IMG/VR virus record: IMGVR_UViG_3300003375_000013
Coordinates: 32,001-96,000 of that record
Length of the DNA stretch: 64,000 nucleotides
Strand: one strand, 5' to 3'
Source of the DNA: a virus
A program made the translations under genes and the position numbers. The notes beneath the pieces are model-generated. The model saw nothing but the letters and a program-made list of their open reading frames with translations, did no database searches and was not told where the DNA came from. Positions 19,528 to 27,494 of the stretch are shown in pieces. The first letter of the stretch is position 1, and each line of letters starts with the position of its first letter.

Positions 19528-19970
19528 CATTAATAGCTAAACCCGTAATAGACAAACAGTTTTGGATCTTACAACAAGATAACAACAAAGTTGGTAACAT
19601 TGAAGCATGTGATGGCGGATATCAGGTTAAAATTAACAACCAAGTAGTAGCACAATACAAAACTATTAAATTGGTTGAACGCAATATCAATGTTACTTTT
19701 GAAACTATCCCAAAGCCAGAGAAGAAAACTTCAAATATTGTACATGGTTATCAAGCAGCGGGTCGTGTATACAATCCTGTATGGGATGTTCCGCAAAAGT
19801 TACCTGTCTATACTAAAACTAAAAAGAGTAAATCTTGGTACGCTGCTGGATGGTACACCGTTAAAAAAGGTCGCCATTGGACAGCAGAACAAGATCCTAA
19901 ACTAATCGTTCTCAAACGATACCCTTATCAGGGACCATACCATACTAAAAAAGAGGCACTACCTAAATGA
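19524..19970 (+). CDS. Hypothetical phage protein
   Basis: 148 aa, ATGA-coupled. Confidence 0.8.
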   Translation: MTLIAKPVIDKQFWILQQDNNKVGNIEACDGGYQVKINNQVVAQYKTIKLVERNINVTFETIPKPEKKTSNIVHGYQAAGRVYNPVWDVPQKLPVYTKTKKSKSWYAAGWYTVKKGRHWTAEQDPKLIVLKRYPYQGPYHTKKEALPK

Positions 19971-20116
19971 CGCCATATGAAATTAAAAACATAATCACCG
20001 AAACATTGTCTGAACAGAATGCTTTCCGTGATTTGTCGCCGAGAGCAATAGTTTCTATGACTGTAGATATGGTAGTCGCAATTTTAGAAAAGTCACAACA
20101 AAAAATAAATGACTAA
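19967..20116 (+). CDS. Small hypothetical protein (49 aa)
   Basis: MTPYEIKNII...; ATGA overlap with the upstream stop; absent from the ORF track. Confidence 0.55.
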   Translation: MTPYEIKNIITETLSEQNAFRDLSPRAIVSMTVDMVVAILEKSQQKIND

Positions 20117-20125
20117 CCCATTACG

Positions 20126-20707
20126 ATGACTAAGTACAGTATGATTTACTTGTACATTAAAACTCATCGTAAAACTGGATTAAAATATTTAGGCAAGACA
20201 TCCCGTGACCCATATACCTATCAAGGTTCAGGGACACGCTGGTTAAATCATATCAAGAAACACGGGTACGAAGTAGATACAGAAATACTAAAAGAATGTA
20301 AAGACAATGATGAACTTAGTCAGTGGGGATTGTATTATAGTAACCTATTAAATGTTGTAGAAAGTAACAAATGGGCTAATCTTAAACCGGAACTAGGCGA
20401 AGGCGGATCTGTCAAAGGTAGGCCTGGTAATACAAAAGGTAAGAAGTATGAAGAGATTCAAGATCCGATCAAAGCATTAGAAAGAAAAAAGAAACATAGA
20501 GAATGGATGAAGGAAAATAATCCGTTCAAGGATAAGGAACATACAGAAGATACAAAAGCCGTAATGCAAGAAAAAGCATTACATCATAGGAGTTCTCTTA
20601 CAGAAGAAGAGAGAAAGAAAATATACGGATCACAGCATAAAGGTAAGCCGTGGTCCGAAGCAAGACGTAACGCCCAACTAAAGAAAAAGGAGAATCAAAA
20701 TTACTAA
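20126..20707 (+). CDS. GIY-YIG (Seg-like) homing endonuclease
   Basis: IYLYIKTHRKTGLKYLGKT, YQGSG, WANLKPELGEGG; alternative start ATG 20141. Confidence 0.88.
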   Translation: MTKYSMIYLYIKTHRKTGLKYLGKTSRDPYTYQGSGTRWLNHIKKHGYEVDTEILKECKDNDELSQWGLYYSNLLNVVESNKWANLKPELGEGGSVKGRPGNTKGKKYEEIQDPIKALERKKKHREWMKENNPFKDKEHTEDTKAVMQEKALHHRSSLTEEERKKIYGSQHKGKPWSEARRNAQLKKKENQNY

Positions 20708-21074
20708 TCCCTTCAGAGACCAAGATAAATTTATGACTGCCTGTGAGCAAACAATCACCGGCATGAACGACGATCAGTTTAGAATGTATTCTACATTGAT
20801 TACAGAAGAATATACAGAATTGCAAGAAGCTATTACCGCAGGTGATAAAGTTGAAACACTTGACGCACTAATAGACATTATGGTTGTTGTAGCCGGTGCT
20901 ATCAATAGCATGGGGGCAGACGGTGAAGGAGCATGGCGTGAAGTGATGGCCACTAACTTTGCCAAGATTGATCGCCAGTTGGGTAAGGTTCGACGCAGAG
21001 AAGATGGAAAAATTCTCAAGCCAGACGGCTGGACACCACCTAATTTAGCAAAATTTTTAAAGAGAGAACATTGA
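20700..21074 (+). CDS. MazG-like nucleotide pyrophosphohydrolase (all-alpha NTP-PPase), probable ATT start
   Basis: LITEEYTELQEA, ETLDALID, NFAK...RREDGKILKP; SD AAGGAG lies 7 nt before the in-frame ATT at 20700 (ITNPFRDQ). Confidence 0.85.
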   Translation: MTNPFRDQDKFMTACEQTITGMNDDQFRMYSTLITEEYTELQEAITAGDKVETLDALIDIMVVVAGAINSMGADGEGAWREVMATNFAKIDRQLGKVRRREDGKILKPDGWTPPNLAKFLKREH

Positions 21075-21280
21075 GCATACATCTACAAAAGTTCATTGAA
21101 CGGGTGCGTGGTAATGACATGCGGGGTGGTAAAGATTTTATCATGCCCATGAAAGATGCCAAGGGAATGGCTGCTGATCTAACTGAATTATTGTTAGAAC
21201 TTAGGGCTCTTAAGGAAGCAGCCCTACAGCCACCAAAAGAAGAGGTTATTGAGATTAAACTGTCAGGCGGTAAATTTTAA
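21071..21280 (+). CDS. Hypothetical protein
   Basis: 69 aa, TTG start overlapping the upstream stop. Confidence 0.65.
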   Translation: MSIHLQKFIERVRGNDMRGGKDFIMPMKDAKGMAADLTELLLELRALKEAALQPPKEEVIEIKLSGGKF

Positions 21281-21310
21281 TCTCTGTATATTACTGCTAA
21301 ATAATATACT

Positions 21311-21598
21311 ATGCCTAGACCTAAGCCACAAATACTTGCTGAACTTACCAATAAGCAGACATACAAGACCGAGCAGATTTTAGCCTCAGTTGGTGTATGG
21401 GCTGTTTATTACGAGAACAATCCTATTAATATTAAGACTTCTAATATACTAGTACAATACCCAGGTCCAAAGTATAAAAAAGTAAGTTTTAGCAATCCGG
21501 GACATGCCATAAACCTTGCTAAGAAACTTAACGCTCAATTTAAGACCGATAAGTTTTCAGTAATGCTATTGAAAGATGGCGATAAAGTATATCCGTAG
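21311..21598 (+). CDS. Hypothetical phage protein
   Basis: MPRPKP..., YKKVSFSNPGHA; TAAATA late promoter 7 nt upstream. Confidence 0.8.
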   Translation: MPRPKPQILAELTNKQTYKTEQILASVGVWAVYYENNPINIKTSNILVQYPGPKYKKVSFSNPGHAINLAKKLNAQFKTDKFSVMLLKDGDKVYP

Positions 21599-21606
21599 AC
21601 ATATTA

Positions 21607-21969
21607 ATGTCTACCAAACTTTCTCTCACTACAGAATTAGCAAAAATATTATCTTTTGATAAAGATTTAAACATAGATGAGTTATATAGTGATATATGGC
21701 GAAACCTTAGACATGACGGTGGATTTCGGCTAACCAAAAAGGGTTATGAATTATTCAGTGAATATCTAGAATTAGAGCATTATACTGTTGATTTAAACGT
21801 GCCTTCTGTAAGTATAAAGACGTTGCTAGATTTAGATCATAAATTGAAACATCCGTATTATCTACACATATATAAACACAATGTTGATTTAATACTGTTT
21901 GATAGTAAAGAAGCTATGTTAGCCAATTTGTACGGTGATTTGACGAAATTTCTTGACAATTATAGTTAA
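21607..21969 (+). CDS. Hypothetical protein
   Basis: 120 aa ORF. Confidence 0.75.
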   Translation: MSTKLSLTTELAKILSFDKDLNIDELYSDIWRNLRHDGGFRLTKKGYELFSEYLELEHYTVDLNVPSVSIKTLLDLDHKLKHPYYLHIYKHNVDLILFDSKEAMLANLYGDLTKFLDNYS

Positions 21970-21999
21970 TGTAGCTTAGTGGGTAAAAGCAATAAACTC
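21965..21999 (+). pseudogene. 5' half of a disrupted tRNA, ending at C34
   Basis: GTTAATG-TA-GCTT AGTGGGTAA AAGC-A-ATAAA-CTC: 5' acceptor strand, full D-arm and 5' anticodon strand, then the structure is lost. Confidence 0.6.
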
Positions 22000-22037
22000 T
22001 ATTTTTCTTATAAATAACTGTAAGGAGAATCTAATAT

Positions 22038-22835
22038 ATGAGTTACCGAAATTATTGTAGTTGCTTAAGTTGCCAAGATAGTGTATCAACAAACAATCTA
22101 AACAAGCATTATGAAAGATGTATTATTAAAGGCGGTAAATTTATAGGCAGAAAATATCAAGTACCAGTAACATTACATTGTCAATATTGTGATTCATTAA
22201 GGAAAAATGAAAATTCATTACGGCAACATGAAATTAGATGTCAATCTAACTTAGACGCAAGTAAGATTGCCCCATCTTACGGAATGTTAGGAAAAAAGGG
22301 TACAAATCAATTTGTTAAGGCAAAAACACTTGGATTACCTAAACCGATAGTGTCTCAGGAATCTATTGATAAAAGGTTAGAAACACAAAAAAAGAACGGT
22401 ACGTTATTACGAACTGAAGAAGCTAAGAAGAATACATCAATAGCTATGAAAAAAGCTGTTAAGTTATACCCAGAATCTTATACATCATCAAATCGTGGCA
22501 GAGTCAAGCAGATTATCATAGATGGCATAAAACTTCTTGGGCAATGGGAAGTAGATTTTTATTTGTGGGCTAAAGCTAAAGGATTAGATCCAAAGAGACC
22601 AATTATTGGATTTAAATATACTTGGAACGGAGAAAGGACATATTTTCCAGATTTTTATTTACCAAGTCTAAATGGATATGTAGAGGTAAAAGGCTACGAA
22701 ACAGATAGAGATCAGGCAAAATGGAAATATTTTAGTGAAGCATTGTATATAGTAAAAGAAAAAGAGATAAAGAATATAAGAAAAGGTAAATTTGAGGTTG
22801 ACAACTTAAAAGATGTAAAGTATAATAATGATTAG
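22038..22835 (+). CDS. Putative homing endonuclease: C2H2 zinc finger plus PD-(D/E)XK nuclease
   Basis: CQYC..NSLRQHEIRC; YFPDFYLP...YVEVKGY. Confidence 0.8.
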   Translation: MSYRNYCSCLSCQDSVSTNNLNKHYERCIIKGGKFIGRKYQVPVTLHCQYCDSLRKNENSLRQHEIRCQSNLDASKIAPSYGMLGKKGTNQFVKAKTLGLPKPIVSQESIDKRLETQKKNGTLLRTEEAKKNTSIAMKKAVKLYPESYTSSNRGRVKQIIIDGIKLLGQWEVDFYLWAKAKGLDPKRPIIGFKYTWNGERTYFPDFYLPSLNGYVEVKGYETDRDQAKWKYFSEALYIVKEKEIKNIRKGKFEVDNLKDVKYNND

Positions 22836-22843
22836 TAACAAAT

Positions 22844-22920
22844 AGGCCTTTAGTTTAGCGGTGAAAACACCCCACTCATAATGGGCGAGATCCTGAGTTC
22901 AAATCTCAGAGGGCCTACCA
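22844..22920 (+). tRNA. tRNA with CAT anticodon, probably Ile2 (lysidine) rather than Met
   Basis: Acceptor AGGCCTT/AGGGCCT, loop CTCATAA, A73, CCA; the ends resemble bacterial tRNA-Ile. Confidence 0.85.
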
Positions 22921-23027
22921 TAGATTAATAAATAGTATTAAAGAATTGTTGTAAAACCTGAGTAATCAGGACAGAAGTAAAGTAAAAAGTGTTCCGGACG
23001 GGGGTTCGAATCCAGACGGGAGCACCA
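22920..23027 (+). repeat. Degenerate duplicate of the tmRNA acceptor piece
   Basis: Shares ATAGATTAATA, GTATTAAAGAATTGTTGTA and GAAGTAAAGTAAAAAGTGTTCCGGACG with 23305-23362; the T-arm and 3' acceptor strand have diverged; ends ACCA. Confidence 0.8.
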
Positions 23028-23067
23028 AATTTAACTAAATAACTGTTTAACTACAGGAGTTTATAAA

Positions 23068-23313
23068 ATGAGCACATACGTAACAGTTGTACAATGGACT
23101 AGAGCAATGAGCGAGTCTGAGAATCAAGATATGATGAATTATATTGCTACTCAAACTGGTGAAAACGGTAAACCTACCACATACGAAGGCGAATATGCTA
23201 GATCGTGGGATGATGAAGCCGCTGCTAATGCGTTTTGTGTGTTTGCTAGATCTTTGCAAGCCGACCAAACAGAAACTGCTCCGACAAGAGCAAGAGTAAT
23301 TAGAATAGATTAA
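23068..23313 (+). CDS. Hypothetical protein (81 aa) between the two tmRNA acceptor copies
   Basis: Strong SD CAGGAG; the stop codon lies in the repeat. Confidence 0.75.
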   Translation: MSTYVTVVQWTRAMSESENQDMMNYIATQTGENGKPTTYEGEYARSWDDEAAANAFCVFARSLQADQTETAPTRARVIRID

Positions 23314-23389
23314 TAGTATTAAAGAATTGTTGTATGAAGTAAAGTAAAAAGTGTTCCGGACGCGGGTTCGACTCCCGCCAGGTCCACCA
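23312..23389 (+). ncRNA. ssrA: Two-piece tmRNA, acceptor piece (5' boundary approximate)
   Basis: T-arm GCGGG-TTCGACT-CCCGC, then CAGGTCC-A-CCA, which pairs with GGGCCTG at 23473 giving G3-U70. Confidence 0.9.
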
Positions 23390-23472
23390 TAAACATATTA
23401 CTAAATCGGCGACCGGTAAAACGTTGATTACCCGGAGCGGGAAGTCTGGATACCTTGTAGTATGTTTTTGAT

Positions 23473-23697
23473 GGGCCTGTCCAGGTTTCGACGGGGCAAC
23501 AAGTAACTGCATGGACAACTCGTCACCAGATAGACGTTAAAAGTGAAAAAACCTAGACGCAAACGCATCTAAAGGCGAAGTAACTGTATCAGCTGGCAAA
23601 GGAATTCGTTTCTCTGCTCGTTCTTCAGTGAAAGCCGAAACTTTCGCAGTTTAATCACTGGCGTAGCGGAGTTATCCGTAGTAACAGAAAATAGCAA
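23473..23697 (+). ncRNA. ssrA: Two-piece tmRNA, coding piece (3' boundary approximate)
   Basis: 5' GGGCCTGTCCAGGTTTCGACGGG; resume context AAAAAACCTAGAC-GCA; tag frame 23559-23654. Confidence 0.9.
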
Positions 23698-23720
23698 TAG
23701 GGACTTCGGTCCCTATTTTT
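23698..23720 (+). terminator. Rho-independent terminator after the tmRNA
   Basis: TAGGGAC-TTCG-GTCCCTA followed by a T run. Confidence 0.85.
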
Positions 23721-23732
23721 ATGCCAAAATCA

Positions 23733-23761
23733 TTGACACAATTCCCTGTATAGATTATAAT
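23733..23761 (+). promoter_or_regulatory. sigma70-type promoter
   Basis: TTGACA-17-TATAAT. Confidence 0.85.
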
Positions 23762-23789
23762 AACTATACTTAAACTCACAAAGAAAATC

Positions 23790-24845
23790 ATGGCACACTT
23801 TTTAAAATCAGGCAATACATACAAAGTCGCTTCAGAAGAAGCATTGGATATTCATGCTACATTGCCAGCTGGCAACTATGTAATCAAGGTTGACATGTTT
23901 GAAAACTTATACCTTGAACACATTGATAGCTTTAATGTATCAGGTAAGATTTATGGTGATACACTTAAAAATACAGATCGTATCATCAACACATTCTGGG
24001 AACGTCCTAGTTCTACTGGCGTTATGCTAACAGGCGAAAAAGGGTCGGGAAAGACATTACTAAGCAAAAAGATCAGCATTGAGCTGGCTAAGCAAGCGGT
24101 ACCAACCATCGTTATTAACGATGCATTCACAGGCGAGAAGTTCAATACACTCTTACAAACTATCAGTCAACCTTGTGTTATCTTGTTTGACGAGTTTGAA
24201 AAAGTCTATGACAAAGATGAGCAAGAAGCTATTCTTACCTTGCTTGATGGAGTTTACTCAGGCAAGAAACTGTTCATTCTAACTTGCAATGACAAATGGC
24301 GTGTTGACCAGCATATGCGTAATCGGCCCGGTCGTATTTTCTACATGATTGACTTTACTGGCTTGTCACAAGAATTTATTGTTGAATACTGTGAAGATAA
24401 TCTTAAACACAAAGAACACATTGAACGTATTTGTTCACTGACTAACTTGTTTGCCGAGTTTAACTTTGATATGCTTAAAGCACTTGTTGAAGAAATGAAT
24501 CGTTACAACGAAACTCCACAGGACGCGATGAAAATTCTAAACACCAAGCCTGAGTTTGATTCAGGGTGTAACTATGATATTTCATTGATTGTTGGGGGCA
24601 AAGAACTTGCCGTTACAACCCACCCTGAGGTATTTGAAGGCAATCCACTTGCTAAGACTGTGCAAATTTCCTATGATTCAGATAAAGATGAAGATGGTGA
24701 CACACAATGGATTACCAATCGGTTTAGTCCACATGATTTAGTTAAGGTGGATAACAACGGTGCCAGATTTATTTTTGAGAACAAAGGCATTCGTTTGATG
24801 TTAACTCGGATTAAGGCAAAAACTTACAATCCTTATGCGTTTTAA
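23790..24845 (+). CDS. AAA+ ATPase
   Basis: Walker A GEKGSGKT, Walker B ILFDEFEK, sensor TCN, Arg finger NRPGRI. Confidence 0.92.
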   Translation: MAHFLKSGNTYKVASEEALDIHATLPAGNYVIKVDMFENLYLEHIDSFNVSGKIYGDTLKNTDRIINTFWERPSSTGVMLTGEKGSGKTLLSKKISIELAKQAVPTIVINDAFTGEKFNTLLQTISQPCVILFDEFEKVYDKDEQEAILTLLDGVYSGKKLFILTCNDKWRVDQHMRNRPGRIFYMIDFTGLSQEFIVEYCEDNLKHKEHIERICSLTNLFAEFNFDMLKALVEEMNRYNETPQDAMKILNTKPEFDSGCNYDISLIVGGKELAVTTHPEVFEGNPLAKTVQISYDSDKDEDGDTQWITNRFSPHDLVKVDNNGARFIFENKGIRLMLTRIKAKTYNPYAF

Positions 24846-24883
24846 TAAAGTGCGGCACAGCGTTAGTCATTTACGCATAGTAA

Positions 24884-24905
24884 ATAAGCCCCTCGGGGCT
24901 TATTT
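24884..24905 (+). terminator. Rho-independent terminator
   Basis: AATAAGCCC-CTCG-GGGCTTATT. Confidence 0.7.
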
Positions 24906-24980
24906 CTTATCAATATTATCAAAATAATTGATTAAGATACTCTTATGTTTTATAATTACATATAACATAGGAAAAATAAA

Positions 24981-25253
24981 ATGTCTAACGAACCAGATGA
25001 TTTAGAATCGTCACCCTTTGAATGGGAACCTTCAGTGCATGAAGCCCATTGGCAAAATATGCCAGAATTCAAACAGCCAGACAATGGTCCATATCGTCAG
25101 ATTATCATAAGTTTTGAATCTGCAGAAGATGTTGAAGAATTCGCTAACTTATTGAAACGATCAATTACTAATAAAACTAAAAGTTTGTGGTTTCCAGATC
25201 GTCCACGCGGCGTGTTTAAAGACTTATTCTGGGCAGAAGGAGAGGATGAGTGA
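24981..25253 (+). CDS. Small partner protein of phage TAGT-type DNA-modification loci
   Basis: WQNMPEFKQ...IIISFES..DVEEF...ITNKTKSLWFP; directly upstream of two glycosyltransferases. Confidence 0.65.
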   Translation: MSNEPDDLESSPFEWEPSVHEAHWQNMPEFKQPDNGPYRQIIISFESAEDVEEFANLLKRSITNKTKSLWFPDRPRGVFKDLFWAEGEDE

Positions 25254-26125
25254 ATCCTCAGTTTCCAATCTATATCGTAAGTAAGGGTCGTGCGGATAGT
25301 AGATTAACTAGTAGAGCACTTGAAGCAATGAAAGTGCCGTACTATATCGTAATTGAACAATCTGACTATGAAGCATATTCTGCGGTAATCGATCCTACTA
25401 AGATTCTTATTCTTGATCAAGAATACAAACGTCAGTATGATACATTTGATGATCTTGGATTAACCAAATCAACCGGACCAGGCCCGGCTCGTAACTTTGC
25501 ATGGGATCATAGCATTGAAAATGGTTTTGAGTGGCATTGGGTTATGGATGATAACATCAATGAATTCTTACGATTAACCGACAATAAAAAAATACGTTTC
25601 GGTGACGGAACTTGTTTTGCTATAATGGAAGATTTCTGCCTACGATATAGTAATGTGGGCATGGCTGGTCCTAACTACAGAGCATTTGCTCCTCAAAATG
25701 CAGCAATACCACCGTTTGTACTTAACACTAGAATTTACAGCTGTAATCTAATCAGAAATAACACTCCATACCGCTGGCGTGGTCGTTATAATGAAGATAC
25801 TGATATTAGTCTACGTATGTTGAAAGATGGACTTGTAACTGTACAATTCAATGCTTTTCTTCAAGATAAGCTAAGAACACAAGTATTAGGCGGTGGAAAT
25901 ACAGCAGAATTTTACGCCAAAGAAGGAACAGAGGCGAAATCAAAGATGCAAGTAGCTATGCATCCAGATGTTTCTAGACTTACCTGGAAATTCGGCAGAA
26001 TTCACCATGAAGTAAATTATCATCCATTCAAAGATATTCCTCTAAAATTCAAAGATGACTATGTTCCAGTAGAAGGCGTAAACAACTACGGACTTAAATT
26101 ATCTACCGGTTGGACACCTCACTAA
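25250..26125 (+). CDS. TET-associated / GREB1-like glycosyltransferase
   Basis: IYIVSKGRA, GPGPARNFAWDHS, WVMDDNI, YSCNLIRN, RYNEDTD, GGNT. Confidence 0.8.
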   Translation: MNPQFPIYIVSKGRADSRLTSRALEAMKVPYYIVIEQSDYEAYSAVIDPTKILILDQEYKRQYDTFDDLGLTKSTGPGPARNFAWDHSIENGFEWHWVMDDNINEFLRLTDNKKIRFGDGTCFAIMEDFCLRYSNVGMAGPNYRAFAPQNAAIPPFVLNTRIYSCNLIRNNTPYRWRGRYNEDTDISLRMLKDGLVTVQFNAFLQDKLRTQVLGGGNTAEFYAKEGTEAKSKMQVAMHPDVSRLTWKFGRIHHEVNYHPFKDIPLKFKDDYVPVEGVNNYGLKLSTGWTPH

Positions 26126-26135
26126 ATATCTCATT

Positions 26136-26936
26136 ATGATAGATAACATCTTTATTCCCACTCTTGGAAGATCTGATAACCAGATAACATACAATAATTT
26201 GTGTGATAAATGGAAGAGTAAAACTATTCTTGTCGTCCAAGAGCACGAAGCGCATCTATACAAAGATTACAACATTCAAGTTCTTCCATCTCATATAAAA
26301 AGCATAGCTCCTACAAGAGAATGGATAGCACAGCAGAATATTGGTAAAATTTACGGTGTATTAGATGATGATCTAAAGTTTTACCGCACCCGAATGAAAG
26401 GCGAGACTTTTGATAAATCAAAAAGAAAGATGACAGACGAAGATTTTGATGAGTTAGAGAACACTATATGTTCGTGGCTGAATGATGATATCGCAGTATG
26501 TGGATTATCAAATGCTGTTAGACCACCAAATATCGTAGACGAATATGAAGATATCAAGTCTGTGAGTCAATTATTCTTTTTTGACGGTAGAAAGATACCA
26601 GTGTATGATATAAGCTGGAATGATTGTATCGTTACTGAAGACACTCATGTGTTATTGCAGTTGACAAAGAAAGGTTTTAAAAGTAGAATATCAAATAGAT
26701 TCAGATATGAGTCAGCACCTCCAGCGATGGCAGGTGGATGTTCAACATTCAGAACTATAGAATTACAGAACGAAGCTAACTTAACCTTGTTTAAATTACA
26801 TCCTGGTTTAGTTAGATTAGTGGAAAAAGAAGTAACAAGAGGTGGGTTCGCAGGTAAAACTGCGATCCATGCGGTCATACAGTGGAAAAAGGCATACCAA
26901 ACAAGTATGCTAAATAATCTTTATGATTCTGTATAA
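26136..26936 (+). CDS. Second TAGT/GREB1-like glycosyltransferase
   Basis: IFIPTLGRS, IAPTREWI, VLDDDLKF, TEDTHVLLQL, GGCS. Confidence 0.7.
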   Translation: MIDNIFIPTLGRSDNQITYNNLCDKWKSKTILVVQEHEAHLYKDYNIQVLPSHIKSIAPTREWIAQQNIGKIYGVLDDDLKFYRTRMKGETFDKSKRKMTDEDFDELENTICSWLNDDIAVCGLSNAVRPPNIVDEYEDIKSVSQLFFFDGRKIPVYDISWNDCIVTEDTHVLLQLTKKGFKSRISNRFRYESAPPAMAGGCSTFRTIELQNEANLTLFKLHPGLVRLVEKEVTRGGFAGKTAIHAVIQWKKAYQTSMLNNLYDSV

Positions 26937-27040
26937 ATTTGTTTTATTACAACAATTTTTACCAAAATGATTGATTATATACGCTTATTTGTGTATAATT
27001 TTTATATTGACTAAATAACTTTATAACTTCTAAAAAGAAG

Positions 27041-27069
27041 TTGACAATTTAATTTTTAAGCAGTACAAT
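27041..27069 (+). promoter_or_regulatory. sigma70-type promoter of the leader peptide / tRNA-array head
   Basis: TTGACA-17-TACAAT, 8 nt before ATG 27078. Confidence 0.8.
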
Positions 27070-27077
27070 TACATATA

Positions 27078-27236
27078 ATGAAAAACATAAAACTTTCCAT
27101 ATCGTATCAGTTGCCTCAGACATCAGCGTCATGCTGGAGTCCGGTAGCAGCCTTACGCTCAGAAAGTCATAATGGATTTAATATGATTGAAACAGGCAAA
27201 GATTATAGTAGGGTTCGACGAGGATGGGATGTTTAA
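27078..27236 (+). CDS. Putative leader peptide (52 aa, all 20 amino acids)
   Basis: MKNIKLSISYQLPQTSASCWSPVAALRSESHNGFNMIETGKDYSRVRRGWDV; lies between a promoter and a terminator. Confidence 0.55.
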   Translation: MKNIKLSISYQLPQTSASCWSPVAALRSESHNGFNMIETGKDYSRVRRGWDV

Positions 27237-27263
27237 GCAGTAGCTAGCATCGTAAACTTTGAG

Positions 27264-27295
27264 AACCCTGAACTAGAACTTCAGGGTTTTTTTTA
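27264..27295 (+). terminator. Intrinsic terminator, candidate attenuator
   Basis: AACCCTGAA-CTAGAAC-TTCAGGGTT followed by a long T run; the 5' arm can alternatively pair with 27206-27216. Confidence 0.85.
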
Positions 27296-27401
27296 TTTGG
27301 CAGTAGTGTAGTAGGAAACGAGATCCTAGCCCGCACTTAAAACATGGGCAAATGGGCGGACTAGATGATGGATTTCCTCTTGTGGGATGAAAAACTCTAG
27401 C

Positions 27402-27470
27402 GTATTAAAGCATATTGGGATCGGCTCTAACGAGACTTCATAAGATGAGGAACTAAGTATGCTTTAATAC
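27402..27470 (+). ncRNA. Conserved-helix RNA cassette F
   Basis: GTATTAAAGCATATT/AGTATGCTTTAATAC helix enclosing two hairpins. Confidence 0.6.
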
Positions 27471-27494
27471 CGACATTCGCAAGAGTGTCGTAAT

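Noticed and set aside
20109-20733. T4 gene 60-style translational bypass from MTNPLR to MazG
   Set aside because: The gap is about 590 nt, there is no matched take-off/landing codon, and a good SD plus ATT explains expression.
22991-23027. Independent tRNA ending GAGCACCA
   Set aside because: The T-stem barely pairs, no 5' acceptor partner exists, and the upstream sequence is a tmRNA duplicate.
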